Assembly (NCBI GenBank): GCA_016281915.1
Contig: JAEEJO010000045.1
Coordinates: forward strand, 73-64,072
From: Clostridiales bacterium
GTDB taxonomy: Bacteria; Bacillota; Clostridia; Oscillospirales; UBA644
Reading direction: 5' to 3'
DNA length: 64,000 nucleotides
The translations under genes were made by a program, and so were the position numbers. Shown here piece after piece: positions 36,554-46,900 of this stretch; within the stretch, counting starts at the first letter, position 1, and every line of letters begins with the position of its first letter. Below the pieces are notes generated by a model, which worked only from the letters and a program-made list of their open reading frames with translations, ran no database searches and was not told the DNA's origin.

Positions 36554-39500
36554 CTATTCATCGTTTTCTGCGGCTTCGGTTATATCTATGGTAAGTATCT
36601 TTGAGATACCCTTTTCGCGCATCGTTACGCCGTAAAGTCTGTCTGCAGCCTCCATCGAGCCACGTCTGTGAGTGATAAGAAGGAACTGCGTTGTATCCGC
36701 AAACCCGCGAAGATACTGCGCATATCTTGTTACGTTAACGTCGTCAAGCGCCGACTCGATCTCGTCAAGAAGACAGAACGGGGACGGACGCACTTTCATA
36801 AGCGCAAAATAAAGCGCGATCGCGGTAAGAGACTGCTCGCCGCCCGAAAGCGATGACAGGTGCTTTATTACCTTTCCGGGAGGCGCAACGTAAATATCAA
36901 CGCCCGAACCGAGCGGATCGTCCGGTTCCGTAAGTGTCAGCTTTGCTGTTCCGCCGCCGAAAAGCTCTCTGAATACCTGAACAAACGCTTCGTTAATCTT
37001 TTTGAATTCGGTCTCAAAAATAACCGTCATCTCTTTTACAAGCTGCTCTATTATTTTTTCAAGCGATTCTTTTGATGAAATCAGATCGTTTGTCTGCTGT
37101 TCGAGAGAGTCGTGGCGCTGTTTGACCTGCGCAAACTCTTCTATCGCTTCAACGTTCACGCTGCCAAGAGCCTTTATCTGTCCTTTAAGCTCCGAAACAC
37201 GTTTGCGTGCCGAGTCGATATCATCGGGAACATTGTCTTTTGCAAACTGTTCGGCATCTGTCATGGTCATCTCATATTCATCCCAGATTTTAGATGAAAC
37301 AGAGTCTATCTCGGTTTTGAGAGACGTCTTTTTGATCGTTATTCTTTCAGCCTCTCTGCCCAGACGATCCTTGTTTGCAAAGTATTTCTTTTCTTCTTCA
37401 AACAGCGAGTTCTTTTCTGCCTCAACAGCCGTTCTCTTTTCGTTTTCGGCGGCTATGGCGGCTGCCTTTTCTTCCGCTTCAAAACGCACACGGGCAAGGT
37501 CTTCCGTTTTTTCAAGAGCTGTTTTTCTGAATTTTTCGATATCCGAAAGAATCGAGTCGATGTCGTTTTTCAGCTTGGCGGCAAGAGCCTCGCCTTCTTT
37601 TCTGCGCTCTTCAAGACGTTTTATGATATCTGCGATATTTTCGATATCCTTCATCTTTTCAAGCTTTTGCATGTCTTTTTCATGAAGACGCGAAGAGATC
37701 TCTTCCTGAATCTTTGCAAGGGCTTCATGCTTTTCATCAAGGTCGGATATCTCTTTTTGCTTTTCGTCGATAAGCAAAAGCTTTGTTTCAAGCTCTGCCT
37801 TTATCTCTTCAAGTTCGGCAATGGTACTTTCTTTTTCGGCGGTATTTCCGGATATGCTGTTTTCAAACGTTCTTATCTGTTCGGAAATATTGAAAATATA
37901 CTGCTCGGAATGCTCGACCTCTGCTTTTATCCTTATATGCTCGTCACTTACAGCCTGATTTTCCGCAACCAGTCCGTCAAGGGCAGCCTGTGCCGAAGCA
38001 AGGTCGGAAGTTATGGCTTTGAGCTTCTGCTCTTTTTCCTTCAGCTGCTCTTCAAGCCCTGCTATCTCTGTTTCAAGCTTTTTTATCTCGTTTGTTCTGC
38101 TTAAAATGCCCGTGTTTTTACCGACGGAACCGCCGGTGAGCGAACCGCCCGGGTTCACTACCTGTCCGTCAAGCGTTACTACCTTGAATGAGTATTTGTT
38201 TGCTCTGGCGATATCCGTGGCGTCGTCGATCGTTTCAACTATAACCGTTCTGCCAAGCAGCTGCTCTATAATACCTTTGTATTTTTCTCCGTATTCTATC
38301 AGATCCGAGGCGATCCCTCTGTATCCCCGCGCGCCGCGAAGACTTGAAGGGTCGAGCTTTCTTCCAGTTATCGTGGAAAGCGGCAGAAACGTTGCTCTGC
38401 CGAGGTTCTTTGATTTAAGATAGTAAATGCAGTCTTTTGCGGAGCGCTCATTTTCGGTTATGATATTCTGTATCGCCGCGCCGAGAGCGATTTCGGTCGC
38501 CGTTGCGTATTCCGGATCAACCTTTATTACCGAAGCGACCGTTCCGTGTACGCCTGAAAGAACGCCGCGTGACGCCTCGTTCATAACGCTTTTTACGCTT
38601 CCCGAAAAGCCCTCGTAATGCTTTTCCATGTCTTCAAACATGGCTTTTCTGCTTTTCTTTTCCGAAACGCCGAATTTAAGAGTATTATATTCGCTGTTTA
38701 CCGTCTCAAGCTTCTTCTTGGCCCCTGCGACCTTCATGGAATATCCGTTGAAGATATTCTTATTGTCTTCAAGCGTTTTTTCAAGCTCTTCAAGCCTCTG
38801 TCTGCCTGATTCTTTACCTTTTTTAAGGGACTCAAGACGCTCTTTGGCATCGTCAAGCTCTTTTTGCAGACTTTCGTTAGAGTCGCTCAGAGATTGCGCT
38901 TTTTCGGAGGCTCTCGCTTCGCTTACGCGAAGAGACGTTATCTCAGAAGATAAAGCGGCGTATTCACCGTTGAGCCTGCCGGAATTTTCGGCATAGTTTT
39001 TGTCGTCACCAAGCCTTGTTTCTCTTTCCTCGCATATATCCGAGATCTCTTCGTCGATTTTCTCCGTCTCTTTTTTCAGCTCTTCTGCCTTGGCTGACTG
39101 ATCCTCTACCTCTTTTATTATTTCTTCGTCCGAACGACCCGCGTTCAGGATTTCTGCATTGATTCTTTCAATATCTTTCTGAGAGTGCTCTATATCGTTG
39201 TTTATAAGAAGGATCTCGGAATTTTTTTGCTGAACAAGCTCGTCGAACTGTTTGCTTTCGGTTCGCATCTGTTCTATTTTTGCGGTGAGCATTGCGATAT
39301 CGTCGGCAAGCTGCTCCATCTTATTTTCGCATCTGAGAATCTCTGCGTCGTTTTTTTCGGTCGATTCATTGAGCGCGGCTTCCGTTTTTTCTATTTCCGC
39401 AAGCTCCTGTGTGAAACGGGCAAGATCGGAAAGCCAAAGCGATATTTCGAGCTTTTTCTTTTCGTCAAAAAGCTCGATATATTTTCTTGCTTTTTTTGCC

Positions 39501-40123
39501 TGCTGTTCAAGGGGTCCGAGTCTGTCGGAAAGTTCGGCGATAATATCCGAAAGACGCACGATATTATCCTGCGTTGCGGCAAGCTTTCGCTCGCTTTCCT
39601 CTTTCTTGAATCTGTATTTCGCTATGCCCGCCGCTTCTTCGAAAACGGTCCTTCTGTCAGTGCTTTTTGCAGAAATTATTTCCGTTACCGAGCCCTGACC
39701 GATTATTGAATAGCCTGTTCTTCCCAGACCTGTGTCGCGAAAAAGATCATGTATGTCTTTCAGACGGACGTTTTGCCTGTTTATAAAATATTCGCTTTCA
39801 CCCGAACGGTAATATCTTCTTGAAATCACAACTTCGGAATAAGCTTCCGGCAGCGCGCCGTCGCTGTTGTCGAGCGTAAGCGATACTTCCGCAAAGCCGA
39901 GAGGACGGCGTGACTGAGTGCCGTCGAATATTACGTCTTCCATTTTAACGCCGCGAAGAGTTCTCGACGACGTTTCGCCCATGACCCAGCGTATCGCATC
40001 TGCAATATTGCTCTTACCGCTTCCGTTCGGACCGACGATCGCCGTTATACCCGAACTGAAATTGATGAGCGTTTTATCGGGAAACGACTTGAATCCCGTA
40101 AGCTCAAGGCTTTTTAACTGCAT
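36554..40123 (-). CDS. smc: chromosome segregation protein SMC
   Basis: GFKSF, GPNGSGKSN, hinge GRATFLPL, LSGGE, LDEIE; start moved to ATG 40123 behind AGGAG. Confidence 0.97.
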   Translation of the reverse strand: MQLKSLELTGFKSFPDKTLINFSSGITAIVGPNGSGKSNIADAIRWVMGETSSRTLRGVKMEDVIFDGTQSRRPLGFAEVSLTLDNSDGALPEAYSEVVISRRYYRSGESEYFINRQNVRLKDIHDLFRDTGLGRTGYSIIGQGSVTEIISAKSTDRRTVFEEAAGIAKYRFKKEESERKLAATQDNIVRLSDIIAELSDRLGPLEQQAKKARKYIELFDEKKKLEISLWLSDLARFTQELAEIEKTEAALNESTEKNDAEILRCENKMEQLADDIAMLTAKIEQMRTESKQFDELVQQKNSEILLINNDIEHSQKDIERINAEILNAGRSDEEIIKEVEDQSAKAEELKKETEKIDEEISDICEERETRLGDDKNYAENSGRLNGEYAALSSEITSLRVSEARASEKAQSLSDSNESLQKELDDAKERLESLKKGKESGRQRLEELEKTLEDNKNIFNGYSMKVAGAKKKLETVNSEYNTLKFGVSEKKSRKAMFEDMEKHYEGFSGSVKSVMNEASRGVLSGVHGTVASVIKVDPEYATATEIALGAAIQNIITENERSAKDCIYYLKSKNLGRATFLPLSTITGRKLDPSSLRGARGYRGIASDLIEYGEKYKGIIEQLLGRTVIVETIDDATDIARANKYSFKVVTLDGQVVNPGGSLTGGSVGKNTGILSRTNEIKKLETEIAGLEEQLKEKEQKLKAITSDLASAQAALDGLVAENQAVSDEHIRIKAEVEHSEQYIFNISEQIRTFENSISGNTAEKESTIAELEEIKAELETKLLLIDEKQKEISDLDEKHEALAKIQEEISSRLHEKDMQKLEKMKDIENIADIIKRLEERRKEGEALAAKLKNDIDSILSDIEKFRKTALEKTEDLARVRFEAEEKAAAIAAENEKRTAVEAEKNSLFEEEKKYFANKDRLGREAERITIKKTSLKTEIDSVSSKIWDEYEMTMTDAEQFAKDNVPDDIDSARKRVSELKGQIKALGSVNVEAIEEFAQVKQRHDSLEQQTNDLISSKESLEKIIEQLVKEMTVIFETEFKKINEAFVQVFRELFGGGTAKLTLTEPDDPLGSGVDIYVAPPGKVIKHLSSLSGGEQSLTAIALYFALMKVRPSPFCLLDEIESALDDVNVTRYAQYLRGFADTTQFLLITHRRGSMEAADRLYGVTMREKGISKILTIDITEAAENDE

Positions 40124-40258
40124 ACTGTCTCCTGTTGAAATGCAACATTTTATCAGTATAATTATAGCACATTTCAGCAGAAATTTCAACCGCATAATGA
40201 TAAAATTCCCGTGAAATTTAAGATTCTGATAAAAAAAACGGCTTTTCAGTGCGCAAAA

Positions 40259-40290
40259 CGGAACTATTATGCGCAATTGTCGTCTAAAAA
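40259..40290 (+). promoter_or_regulatory. putative ECF sigma promoter
   Basis: CGGAAC-16 nt-CGTCTAAAAA; identical elements at 16443-16474. Confidence 0.65.
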
Positions 40291-40331
40291 GACAAACACA
40301 TGTGGATATATGATTTTATGGAGGCATAAAA

Positions 40332-42371
40332 ATGAGCGGAAAACTGAAATATATCTGTATTCTTCTTGTTGTGTCGATCCTTTTCGGCATACTTTCGGTG
40401 GGCTGCAGCGCCGATGTAAGCAGTCTGCATATTCTTACGGATAAAATCGGAACTCCCGGCAGCGAATCTGCCGAAACAACGAATGAACAGACCGGTAAAC
40501 AGAATACCGACGATAAAGCCGACAGCGGTAAAAAAACGGACAGCGACGGCGCGGAGGACAAAGCCGAAGAACAGGCTCATACGGTTGTTGCTGTTGAAAG
40601 AAATCTTGATACTTTTGAGAGCGAAAGCGAGCTTCTTGATTATATAAACGAGCATTTTTCAAACGATATGATCATCTGCTATGACGATTATGCCATGGAG
40701 ACGGAGACTGCAGATATAATGCCGGAGGCCGAGATGCCCGCGGCAACAAATTCCGGCGGAGCGGATGTTAAAGCCGAGTCGGGCAGAGACGTATCGTCAA
40801 CAAATCTTGTTGATGAAAACGTCGACGAAGGTGACTGTCTGAAAACGGACGGCGACTATATTTATATTATCAGAGATAACGAACTGATAACGGTTTCCGC
40901 AAAAGGAAAGGAAACTGACGTCCTTTCATACTACAAGCTTTTCGCAGCAGGCGAAGGCAACGTTTCGGAAATGTATATAAAGGGAGATAAAGCGATCGTT
41001 ATAGCCAACGTAACGTTTTACGATACGCCCGAATTCGTTCCCGATACGTCGTTCGGCAAACCAGTAGAGGATAGCGAAGACATATATGCGCCCGAGGAGT
41101 ATTACTATTACGATTATTACGGATATAATAATGCGAAAACGTATTCCGCACTTTACGTTATAGATATTTCTGACCGTGAAAAGCCGAAAGAGGAATCGCA
41201 CTTTTTTGTTGAGGGATACCTTGTAGCATCGCGCGAAACGAACGGACGCGTCTATCTTGTTGCAAATAAAAACATTAATTATTATTGGGGAGGCCCCGTT
41301 ACGGCGGCATCTGTCCTTCCCGGAATCTACGATACAAAAAGCGGATACAGAACAGTTGTGGTGACAAACGTTGCACGTCCCGCATTTGAAACGGTATATC
41401 CGAATATGATGACCGTTGCATCGATCGACTTCCGAAATATAGAAAACTCGGATACCGTGACCGTTCTCGGTTCCGGTACGGATATTTATATGACTGCCGA
41501 AAGTCTTTATCTTTTCTGCAATACCGGCAGCGACACGTGTGTTGCAAAATATTCGGTAGGTGATACTCTGTCTTACGTGGCGTCGGTTAAAGTGCCCGGA
41601 TATACCGCTACCGATTATTCCTACAATGAATATAACGGCAAATTCCGCATCGCAACAACGGTTTACGGCAAAGACGGCACCGAAAACAACGTATACGTTT
41701 ACAATGAAAAACTCGAAAAAACGGGTGAGCTTACCGGACTTGCCTTGAAGGAAAAAATCTATTCCGTCAGATTTACCGGCGACGTGGCATATCTCGTTAC
41801 GTTCAGACAGGTCGATCCGCTTTTCGTTATCGATATGAGCGGCGACGATCCGAAGGTGATGGGCGAGTTGAAAGTTCCCGGATTTTCCACTTATCTGCAT
41901 CCTGTAGGTGACGGACTACTTCTCGGTATCGGTAAAGAAACAAAGGACAACGAGTGGACCGATTATTACGGAAATAAATATACATCAACCTATACAGACG
42001 GCATAAAAATATCGCTTTTCGATGTCTCCGATCCCTTTAATCCGACAGAAAAAGACGTTGAAAACTATATCGGAGGCGAATATGCAAGCACCGAAGCATG
42101 GTCAAACCACAGAGCGTTTGTTTATTCTGCCGCAAAGAACACGGGTTATTTTGACATAAACGCAAACGACGGCAACGGATTTGTCTGCGTAAGCATAGAA
42201 AACGGAAAGCTGATATGCAGAACCGTATATCCGTCGGCGCATTACTCATATTATTCGGGTAATTCACGGGTATGCTACGTTGACGACGTGATCTATTTCT
42301 ATCAGTATAACCGCATAAGCGTTTTTGACAGAAATACCCTTGAAGAGATCGCAACTGTGACTGTAAAATAA
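40332..42371 (+). CDS. secreted beta-propeller domain lipoprotein (Beta_propel family)
   Basis: Lipobox LSVGC; STN...VDEGD..KTDG.YIY; IYSVRF.G...YLVTFRQVDPLFVID; GELKVPGFSTYLHP. Confidence 0.88.
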   Translation: MSGKLKYICILLVVSILFGILSVGCSADVSSLHILTDKIGTPGSESAETTNEQTGKQNTDDKADSGKKTDSDGAEDKAEEQAHTVVAVERNLDTFESESELLDYINEHFSNDMIICYDDYAMETETADIMPEAEMPAATNSGGADVKAESGRDVSSTNLVDENVDEGDCLKTDGDYIYIIRDNELITVSAKGKETDVLSYYKLFAAGEGNVSEMYIKGDKAIVIANVTFYDTPEFVPDTSFGKPVEDSEDIYAPEEYYYYDYYGYNNAKTYSALYVIDISDREKPKEESHFFVEGYLVASRETNGRVYLVANKNINYYWGGPVTAASVLPGIYDTKSGYRTVVVTNVARPAFETVYPNMMTVASIDFRNIENSDTVTVLGSGTDIYMTAESLYLFCNTGSDTCVAKYSVGDTLSYVASVKVPGYTATDYSYNEYNGKFRIATTVYGKDGTENNVYVYNEKLEKTGELTGLALKEKIYSVRFTGDVAYLVTFRQVDPLFVIDMSGDDPKVMGELKVPGFSTYLHPVGDGLLLGIGKETKDNEWTDYYGNKYTSTYTDGIKISLFDVSDPFNPTEKDVENYIGGEYASTEAWSNHRAFVYSAAKNTGYFDINANDGNGFVCVSIENGKLICRTVYPSAHYSYYSGNSRVCYVDDVIYFYQYNRISVFDRNTLEEIATVTVK

Positions 42372-42393
42372 AACCCCACCATAAAACTATTCG

Positions 42394-42420
42394 AAATTGC
42401 CGTGAATAACGGCAATTTTT
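42394..42420 (+). terminator. intrinsic terminator
   Basis: AAATTGCCGT-gaata-ACGGCAATTTTT. Confidence 0.72.
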
Positions 42421-42423
42421 CGG

Positions 42424-42453
42424 TTGACAAAAGGCGTGGGCTTATGTTATAAT
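42424..42453 (+). promoter_or_regulatory. sigma-A promoter
   Basis: TTGACA-18 nt-TATAAT with extended TG. Confidence 0.7.
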
Positions 42454-42491
42454 ATATCATAAGAAAACTATAAACTCATTTATGATATATT

Positions 42492-43814
42492 ATGAAAAAA
42501 TCCTTATCGGTAATCCTGATTATTGCGTTTCTTTTCGTAATGTTTCCGGCTGCGCTGTTTGCAGATGAAACCGAAGAGGAACCCGCAAAAGAAAACTTTG
42601 ACGTTAATGCCCCGTTTGCTGCAGTAGTTAATGCGGACACGGGGACGGAGCTCTTTACAAAAAACGCGGATACTCCGTTTTTCTGCGCCTTTTTGCCAAG
42701 GATAATGACCTGTATCATGCTCGTTGAGAGCGGTCTTGATCTTTCTACAGAAATATCGCTTACATCCGAGATGATGTCTGTATCTCACGATAAAAGCTCG
42801 GCGAATCTCGTTGCGGGAAACAAGATCTCGCTTTACGATCTTATGAAGTGCATACTTGTGGCAAATTCGCAGGAAGCATGTATTGCCGTTGCGGTTACTT
42901 TGGCGGGCAGCGTTTCAGACTTTATAGTTAAAATGAATCTTCGCGCAAGGGAGCTTGGAGCGGAAAGCACCGCTTTTACAAACGTAACCGGACAGTATTC
43001 TTCCACTACAAAACAAACCACCACGGCGTACGACGTGATAAAAATCTGCTCGCATGCTCTGACGCTTGAATATATTGAAGATCTTTCGAATTACAGATAT
43101 CTGGAAATAACCGTCAATAATGCCAAAAGAAGCATATATACCCATAATTCCATCATTGACAGAAACAGTGCTTATTACAACAAAAAGGCGTCCGGACTTG
43201 CCATTTCGGGAAACAACACCACCGGCTACGCGCTCGTCTCTGTCGCGGTCGATAAAGCGATGCGTATCGTATGTTTTGCTCTTTGCTATACAAGCGCCGC
43301 AGAGCTTTATGCCGATATGACGGAAATGATCAATTTTTCTCTCACTGAATATTCATACAGAACGCTTATTCAGAAACATGCGCCTGTTGTTGAAATACCC
43401 GTGGTCTTCGGCAAGGAGCGCGACACCGTAACGCTTGTTTCCAATGCGACAATAAGCGCGTCTCTTCCGTCTTCGGTGCCTGACAGCGATATCGTTGTTG
43501 AAAAAAACATACCCGAAAAGGTCGAAGCGCCGATAGCCAAAGGAACTGTCCTTGGCAGCGTAACATATTCTTATGAAGGAAGGATCTACGGCTCAGCGGA
43601 TCTGATCGCACAGAGCGATATTTCGCTTGACGTGATAGAATCATATTCAACTGCGATCAATGAATTCTTCTCGAATAAATATATCTGGGCTGCAATAATA
43701 ACCGTTATTACCGTGGTGATCTTCTACTCTACCGTGCTTTACATCAAAAACAGAAAGAAAATGAGACGCGAAGAAAGCAGCAAACGAGACAGGATAACAA
43801 AAATGCCCAGATAG
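42492..43814 (+). CDS. D-Ala-D-Ala carboxypeptidase (peptidase S11)-like protein with degenerate active site
   Basis: MNLRARELGA..T.FTN.TG, TTAYD, PBP5 C-terminal APIAKG.VLG, C-terminal TM; SxxK, SxN and KTG are not conserved. Confidence 0.85.
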   Translation: MKKSLSVILIIAFLFVMFPAALFADETEEEPAKENFDVNAPFAAVVNADTGTELFTKNADTPFFCAFLPRIMTCIMLVESGLDLSTEISLTSEMMSVSHDKSSANLVAGNKISLYDLMKCILVANSQEACIAVAVTLAGSVSDFIVKMNLRARELGAESTAFTNVTGQYSSTTKQTTTAYDVIKICSHALTLEYIEDLSNYRYLEITVNNAKRSIYTHNSIIDRNSAYYNKKASGLAISGNNTTGYALVSVAVDKAMRIVCFALCYTSAAELYADMTEMINFSLTEYSYRTLIQKHAPVVEIPVVFGKERDTVTLVSNATISASLPSSVPDSDIVVEKNIPEKVEAPIAKGTVLGSVTYSYEGRIYGSADLIAQSDISLDVIESYSTAINEFFSNKYIWAAIITVITVVIFYSTVLYIKNRKKMRREESSKRDRITKMPR

Positions 43815-43830
43815 TAAAAAATGCCGATAA

Positions 43831-43875
43831 AAAAGACTGTATTAAAATACTGAAAGTATTTCGATACAGTCTTTT
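43831..43875. terminator. bidirectional terminator hairpin
   Basis: AAAAGACTGTAT...ATACAGTCTTTT between convergent genes. Confidence 0.7.
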
Positions 43876-43953
43876 CATTATACTCTTTTTCGGGTATCAG
43901 GTATTTTCCTTCGTGTGATTTTCGGCAGTTGCCCGTTGCCCGGCGTTTACCTC

Positions 43954-46900
43954 TCAGCTCTGCTTTCTGAAATATTCCACAATGCCCTGAACGATGGCAT
44001 CTGCGGCTTTTTCCATATTATCGCTGTCAGTAAACCATTCATAGTCGTAGATATTGCTGAGAAATGCCGTTTCAAACAGGATAGACGGGAAGTCGGGGAA
44101 CATTGAAACCTTGTAGTAGCCTATCTTATATGAGTTTTTCTTGAGTCCCGTTGCTTCCGTGAATTCGTCAAGCATTACTTTTGAAAGAAGCTTTGAACTT
44201 GAATAGGAATAGTATGTTACCGTTCCGCTCGTATTCAGCGGATTTGCGGTTTCACCGACGTAATTGAAGTGAATTGATACGTTAATATCCGGCTTCCATG
44301 CGCGGTATTCGAGAATAAGCGGATCAAGGTCTTTTTCAAGCTCTCTGTGATGCGTAAGATAAACTGTTGCACCCAGATTTATAAGCCTTGATTCAACAAG
44401 CCTTGAAAGCTCATAGTTCCAGTCAGCCTCAGTCCATTTTATTCTGCCCCACGGACCGAGCGCGCCTCCGTTGAGGCTGTGACCGGGGTCAAGAGAAATT
44501 CTTATACCGTAAAGAGGATAATTATTGCTGTCGTAAAGCGAAGCCGGATTTTTGAATGCAATTATCAGAGCGCCGTTTTCAAAATAAGCCGTGTAACCGA
44601 AAATATAAAGCTCTTTTTTGTATGTGAGCGTTATTCTGGCAGTCGTTGAATCAACTCTCGATACCGAAACACCGCTGAAGAGCGGGTTTTCGGGAAGTGT
44701 GAATTCGGCGGGAAGCGCAGAAAGGTTATAAAGCGTGATATCCGCCTTTGTGTCGCTCATCCATATGGTATTCATGGTCTTTGCATCGGTCGGAATCACG
44801 ATATTTGTATATTTTCCGTCCGAGCTCTGCGTAACGGTGATCCTGCCTGTTGCGGAATACGGGATCGACATGTTTTCCACACGCTTTACGTTGTCCGTGA
44901 CCGTGTAGTATCCACTGCCAAGCAGAACGTTGCCGTTATATTTCGAAACGACCGTATCGAGGGCGCCGATCGTTGCGTAAAGATATTCTTCTCCGGTAAC
45001 TTTGAGGTCGGGTTTCAGCTGCGCAGGGAAATCGCCTGTAAACTCAACGACATAATCTTCCGGATTGTTTATTACTTCAATCGTATTGTTTCCGCGATAG
45101 CGGACAGTGTCGTAACCGTTTTTCTCGATAACGAATTCGGGCGTTCCAAGCACGGCGTTTCCCTGTATATCGGGCAGTACGAACGAGCCTTCATACCACG
45201 CGCGCCTGAACGATCCGTCAGTTGAATCCTTATCGGTCGTGGAAAGATCTACGGTGTAGTCACCGATAATTACATATACCTTTGACCCGGCGGTAGCAGT
45301 GCATGAGAAATTGATCTTAGTGCCCGATTTTTCTGCTCTGTCGTATTTCGGGGCACACGAGCCTGAAACAAATCCGAATGAGGACATCGTTTTCGGCTCT
45401 GAATATGCGCCGCTTTTTTTGATGATATAATCTACGGTTTCACCCTTGTGCTCTATTTTATAATGATTTTCGCCTGTTTTGGGAACGGAAACCATATGCG
45501 TGAAATATCCCTTGGGTGAGCGCGTAGTCACTTCTTCTCCGTCTATGTAAAGCGGATAATTCGGATCGGAAACACCTATAATGAACGTTTTTGAGGTTGA
45601 GTTTTCAACAGAAAGGGAGGAATATGACAAAACAAGCTTGTCTGTTGCCGCTTCCACGCCGGTCGTTCCGCTCTTGAAATATGTTTTTGAAGTGTCTCGG
45701 ATTCCGGCAACGTTTTTCGCAACGTCCTTGTATGAAAACATAACTACGCCTGCAACGCTGTCTTTTGTCTTAAGATAGTTGAGCTGATTCTGTATTTCGG
45801 ACGGTGACTTGTATGCCGCAACGGATGCTCCCTTATAGGCTGCAATGCCGATATACAGCTTTACCTTCGTTTTTGATACAAGATCGTTCCACCAGTCTGT
45901 TATCGGTTTGAACGGAGCTGTTGAATGATCGATCTCCCAGTAAATCTGAGGACAGATATAGTCTATCCATTCGTTTACTACCCATTTTCTCGTATCTGCA
46001 TAAACCTGATAATACGATTCCGATGAGCTCTTGATATTCGTGCCCAGACTGTTGTTTGCTTTGAGCGCCCACACTCCGCTCGGGCTTATTCCGAATGCGA
46101 CGGACTGCTTTGCCGCCTTTACCGCGGCTGCTGTCTGCGAGACAAGAGCGTCGTTGTTCGACCTGCGCCAATCTGCAAGCGACTGTCCTTCGGCTTTGTA
46201 TTTTTCATACTCTGCGCTGTCGGCAAATTTCGAAGCATCGTTATAAGGATAGAAATAGTCGTCAAAATGTATGCCGTCTACGTTGTAGTTGTTTACTATT
46301 TCAAGAATTCCGTCAATTATCAGCTTGCGCACTTCGGGAAGACCGGGATTATAGTATGCCGCTCCGTCGCTGTGTTTTACTACCCACTCCGGGTGATTTC
46401 TCGCGGGATTGGACTCTGCAAGGTCTGAGATATTGTGACCTCCGTTTCCGCTTTGCGTAATCCTGTACGGGTTTACCCATGCGTGAAGCTCTATGCCTTT
46501 TGAATGAGCTGCTGTAATAAAATATTCAAGGCAGTCAATCGGGAGCGGATCTCCCTGTTTTTCAACAACGCAGTCTGAAGAGGGGAAAAGCGATGAGTAA
46601 TAGATAGCGTCGCTCTTCGGGCGGACCTGAAGGAATATGGCGTTGTAACCCCAGTCATATGCATTGTTTACTATGGTATCTATCTCCGCCTTCAGCTCTG
46701 CTGCGGAAAGCCCCTTTTTAGACGGAAAATCAATGTTTGAAACAGTTGCCACCCAAAGTCCTTTCAGACCGTCCGATGCCGCGCCTATGGTGATGTCTCC
46801 GGTAATATTCGGTTCAGGCTCGGGCTGTTTTTCAACGGTGGCGGAAAAATCTGCCGTAAAGCCGCCGTCCTCTGTTTTTACCGTGATTACTGCGGTGCCT

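Noticed and set aside
40124-40276. N-terminal extensions from the ORF track (smc; also YunG-like, CPBP, PHP, HIT)
   Set aside because: They run through promoter or hairpin sequence; downstream starts have a better RBS and match family N-termini.
40926-41900. 324-aa minus-strand ORF
   Set aside because: Antisense shadow of the beta-propeller gene.
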